From an uncultured Candidatus Binatia bacterium (GTDB lineage Bacteria; Desulfobacterota; Binatia; Bin18), in the NCBI GenBank assembly GCA_965200965.1, contig OZ241744.1, positions 1,600,001 through 1,664,000 of the forward strand: a stretch of DNA of 64,000 bases. The letters run 5' to 3'. The translations under genes were made by a program, and so were the position numbers. Positions 60,623 to 64,000 of this stretch are shown here, piece by piece; the stretch's first letter is position 1, and every line of letters begins with the position of its first letter. The notes under the pieces are model-generated. The model saw nothing but the letters and a program-made list of their open reading frames with translations. It was not told the DNA's origin and did no database searches.

Positions 60623-63600
60623 GCTGTGGTATCGACAACCGGCGGGGCTGGAGGTATTATCTGTAGACTTGGAGATTACCCAATCGGCAGGAAGCGAAAA
60701 CCCGAACTTGAGGAGGCACTATGAAGTCCACGCAGACACGCAGGCAATGGTGGCGGTGGGGTGGAGTGATGAGTCTGGCGGTCCTGATAGCCGCGGCCCC
60801 GGCCGAGGCCCAGGATGCCGAGCAGCCCGCGGGCCAAGACGAGCCGGTCGGGCTTGATACCTTCAGGGTAGTTGGCTCGCGTCTGCCGGGCCGCTCGGCC
60901 GAAGACGCTCCGGTGCCGGTTGACCTGATTGATGCAAACGATTTCAAGAGTTACGGCGTCCGCGACCTGAACAACCTGCTGGCTGCCACCATCCCGTCCT
61001 ACAATGTGACCCAACACGCCATCGGCGACCAGAACGCGCTGGTCCGGCCGGCCAAGCTGCGCGGCCTGCCGCCCGACTCCACCCTGGTGCTCGTCAACGG
61101 CAAACGCCGCCACCGCTCGTCGGCAATCACTACCTGGAGTTGGGGCTTGGCCGAAGGTGCCCACGGGCCTGATATTGCCTCCATCCCTGCCATTGCCCTC
61201 AAACGGGTTGAGGTCCTACGCGACGGGGCCGCGGCCCAGTACGGCTCGGACGCGGTGGCCGGCGTGCTCAACTTTGTCCTGGACGACTCCTCCGAAGGCG
61301 TCGTCCTGGAAACCCGGCTGGGCCAGCACTACCACGGCGACGGCGACTTGGCGAATGTAGCGGCCAATGTCGGCCTGCCGCTGACCGAGGCCGGCTTCGC
61401 CAACCTGAGCTTTGAGTTCACCAACTCCGACTCCACCAACCGCAGCGTCCAGCGCGACGACGCGCGCCGCATGATTGACAACGGCAACGACTACATCCGT
61501 AAATCTCCCGCTCAGGTCTGGGGCGCACCGGACATCCACTACGACTACAAGTTCTTCGGCAACCTTGGCCTTGACCTTGGCGCTGACCACGAACTGTACG
61601 CCTTCGGCAACTGGGCCGAGCGCGAGATTGAGGACTCGTGGTACTGGCGCAACCCTTCCAGTTTCGGCCAAGTATTCGCCGATCCCCTTGACCCCTCACG
61701 GCTGCTGGTCGGCGACCTGACACCCGACGGAATGTCAGGCAACTGTCCAACCATTCTCGCGGCAGACTTCGTAGCGCGGCCTGATACCGCGCTGGCCCCG
61801 CTGCAAGGCAACGACAACTGCTACGCACTGGCCCAGGCTTTTCCGGGCGGACTCGTCCCGCGCTACCGGGGCAAGGTGAACGACTGGAGCATCGCCTTTG
61901 GCCTGCGCGGCACGCTGCGCAGCGCCTCTCCACTGCTTGACGGCTGGCGGTACGACATGAGCGCCGTGTTCGGCCAACACAACACGGAATCCTTTGTCAG
62001 AAACAGCGTCAACCCCAACCTGCTCCGCATGAAAGAGGCGATTCCGATCGAGTACAAGGTCCGCGAGTACGAAGAACGGGACAAGACCTTCAATCTGGAC
62101 CTCTCCAGGCCCTTTGACATCGGTCTCTTGTCTTCCCCGCTGAACATTGCCTTTGGGCTGGAGTACCGTGAGGAAGAGTACGAAATCTTCACCGGTGAGC
62201 CGAACTCCTACTTCCGCGACGACCTGCTGGCCCAGCAGGGCTTCCTGATCGGCGTCACCGGTCAGCAGGGCGCGTCGCCCCGGGATGCGACCACGGCCAA
62301 CAGAGGCAGCTTCGGGGCCTATCTTGACCTGGAAGCCAATCTCATTGAACGCGTGCTGGCCACCGCCGCGGGGCGCTTTGAGCACCATGAAGGCGTTGGT
62401 GAATCCCTGGACGGCAAGCTGGCCGCTCGCTGGGACATGCTTGACTACCTGGCCCTGCGCGGCTCCATCGGCACCGGCTTTCGCGCCCCGACCGTAGGAC
62501 AGGCCAGCTTTCGCACGACGACCACCGGTTTCGACCCCGACACGAACTCACTCGCCGAAGAGTCCACGCTGCCGCCAGCCGACCCGATTGCCCAACAAAA
62601 AGGGGCCAAGACGCTGAGCCCGGAACACTCGACCAGTTTCAGCGTCGGTGCCGTGCTCACCCTCGGCGATCTGTCCGTCACCGCCGACTACTACAACATC
62701 GAGGTCAGAAGCCGGATCGCTCTCAGCCGGCGTTACCGGATTGACGCCACGGATAGAGCCGCCCTGGCGGCCCGGGGTATTGATGCGCTCGGCGTCGGCC
62801 TCGTGCGCTACTTCACCAACGATTTCGACACAACGACCCAAGGCATTGACATCGTAGCGACCTACCCCCTGGAACTCTTCGGCGGCACATTCGGCAGGAC
62901 CCAGTTCACAGGCGTTGCCAACTGGAACAACACCAAGGTTGACTCCCACGGCTCGGCCATCAATGCCCTGCGGATAGGACAACTCGAGGAGTCCGAGCCA
63001 GAGTTCCGCTTCTCGCTGACCGCGGACCACACTTGGCGCGCTTGGCGGCTCCTCAGCCGCTTCCACTACTATGACGACTTCAACGAGTTCCAGAACTTCA
63101 CTGTTGAGAAGCGCATCTACGCCCACGCCCGCGCCCTGCTCGACCTGGAGCTGTCCTACACCTTCTTTGACACCGGTCTGACAGTCGCCGTCGGCGCACA
63201 AAACCTGTTCGACACCTACCCGACCAGAAACCGCTATGCCGGCGTCTACGGCCAGAAGTACCCGGTCAACTCCCCCTATGGCTTCAACGGCGGTTTCTAC
63301 TACCTGCGGGCCGGCCTGGAGTGGTACTAAATCACCGCCCAGCCATTCAGAGAGAGAACGCTATGAACCTGATGAACCTGCCAGCGTGGTGGCAGCACTG
63401 GAAGGCCGGGCTGGTCATGGCGGCAGTGCTCGCCGCCGGCCCGGCCACGGCCCAGAACGGCGGCCCGCCAGCCCCCGTCGGGCTTGAAGCCTTCAAGGTG
63501 GTCGGCTCCCGCCTGCCGGGCCGCTCGGCTGCAGACGCACCCGTGCCGGTAGACGTGATCGACGCGGACGACTTCAAGCATTACGGCGTCCGCGACCTGA

Positions 63601-63895
63601 ACAGCCTGCTGGCCGCCACCATCCCGTCCTACAACGTCAGCCAGCACGCCATCGGCGATGTCAACGCGCTGGTCCGGCCGGCCAAGCTGCGCGGCCTGCC
63701 GCCCGACTCCACCCTGGTGCTCGTCAACGGCAAACGCCGCCACCGCTCATCGTCCATCAGCTTCTTCACCTTCGGGCTCACCAACGGATCGCACGGAGCC
63801 GATATCAGCGCCATCCCTGCTATTGCCCTCAAGCGGGTCGAAGTCTTGCGCGACGGGGCCGCGGCCCAGTACGGCTCGGACGCGGTGGCCGGCGT
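58322..63895 (+). repeat. Near-identical DNA blocks shared by the three TBDR plug regions
   Basis: 77 bp block at 58322-58398, 61042-61118, 63672-63748 (one mismatch in copy 1); 47 bp identical block at 58499-58545, 61219-61265, 63849-63895. Confidence 0.9.
60721..63330 (+). CDS. TonB-dependent receptor 2
   Basis: Same plug and barrel motifs; AGGAGG RBS. Confidence 0.95.
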   Translation: MKSTQTRRQWWRWGGVMSLAVLIAAAPAEAQDAEQPAGQDEPVGLDTFRVVGSRLPGRSAEDAPVPVDLIDANDFKSYGVRDLNNLLAATIPSYNVTQHAIGDQNALVRPAKLRGLPPDSTLVLVNGKRRHRSSAITTWSWGLAEGAHGPDIASIPAIALKRVEVLRDGAAAQYGSDAVAGVLNFVLDDSSEGVVLETRLGQHYHGDGDLANVAANVGLPLTEAGFANLSFEFTNSDSTNRSVQRDDARRMIDNGNDYIRKSPAQVWGAPDIHYDYKFFGNLGLDLGADHELYAFGNWAEREIEDSWYWRNPSSFGQVFADPLDPSRLLVGDLTPDGMSGNCPTILAADFVARPDTALAPLQGNDNCYALAQAFPGGLVPRYRGKVNDWSIAFGLRGTLRSASPLLDGWRYDMSAVFGQHNTESFVRNSVNPNLLRMKEAIPIEYKVREYEERDKTFNLDLSRPFDIGLLSSPLNIAFGLEYREEEYEIFTGEPNSYFRDDLLAQQGFLIGVTGQQGASPRDATTANRGSFGAYLDLEANLIERVLATAAGRFEHHEGVGESLDGKLAARWDMLDYLALRGSIGTGFRAPTVGQASFRTTTTGFDPDTNSLAEESTLPPADPIAQQKGAKTLSPEHSTSFSVGAVLTLGDLSVTADYYNIEVRSRIALSRRYRIDATDRAALAARGIDALGVGLVRYFTNDFDTTTQGIDIVATYPLELFGGTFGRTQFTGVANWNNTKVDSHGSAINALRIGQLEESEPEFRFSLTADHTWRAWRLLSRFHYYDDFNEFQNFTVEKRIYAHARALLDLELSYTFFDTGLTVAVGAQNLFDTYPTRNRYAGVYGQKYPVNSPYGFNGGFYYLRAGLEWY

Positions 63896-64000
63896 ACTCA
63901 ACTTTGTTCTGCGTGACGCCCCCGAGGGCGGTACCCTCGAAGCCCACTGGGGGCAGTATTACCAGGGTGACGGCGACCTCGTGAGCACCGCGACCAACAT
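63363..64000 (+). CDS. TonB-dependent receptor 3 (runs off window; not in ORF track)
   Basis: MNLMNLPAWW...VVGSRLPGRSAADAPVPVDVI...LRGLPPDSTLVLVNGKRRH. Confidence 0.92.
   Translation, partial: MNLMNLPAWWQHWKAGLVMAAVLAAGPATAQNGGPPAPVGLEAFKVVGSRLPGRSAADAPVPVDVIDADDFKHYGVRDLNSLLAATIPSYNVSQHAIGDVNALVRPAKLRGLPPDSTLVLVNGKRRHRSSSISFFTFGLTNGSHGADISAIPAIALKRVEVLRDGAAAQYGSDAVAGVLNFVLRDAPEGGTLEAHWGQYYQGDGDLVSTATN

Noticed and set aside
58322-63895. CRISPR array or diversity-generating retroelement repeats
   Set aside because: Repeats are in-frame parts of paralogous genes 2.6-2.7 kb apart; no spacers, cas genes, reverse transcriptase or adenine-specific variation seen.

Overview
A GC-rich bacterial chromosomal window, mostly housekeeping with accessory patches; gene content suggests a Gram-negative deltaproteobacteria-like organism (inference only). 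In order: a dcw cluster (rsmH-ftsL-ftsI-murE-mraY-ftsW-murG) that cleanly lacks mraZ, murF and murD; a class-V aminotransferase-serA-(NfeD/SPFH)-purA run with a structured leader; decayed kinase and aspartic-protease genes; an LLM oxidoreductase, a heteromeric acyl-CoA dehydrogenase pair and a 1-Cys peroxiredoxin; xerC-hslVU; a PTPS-III/cytochrome c operon; a ruined DNA methyltransferase behind an intact leaderless regulator; a lactonase-fold lipoprotein lacking most metal ligands; a MoxR-DUF58-vWA operon; a type III R-M locus with an ABC-type ATPase + PIN cassette between mod and res; yebC-ruvCAB-ntrY followed by a receiver-LpxC fusion; an NCS2 permease fused to an RsbW-like domain; and three tandem TonB-dependent receptors. 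Best candidates for undescribed systems: (1) an NtrY kinase paired with a REC-LpxC fusion, implying phospho-control of lipid A synthesis, (2) the ATPase-PIN module nested in type III R-M, (3) the dcw cluster missing both D-amino-acid-adding Mur ligases. No rRNA, tRNA, CRISPR or transposase was recognised. All calls come from reading motifs by eye, with no database searches.
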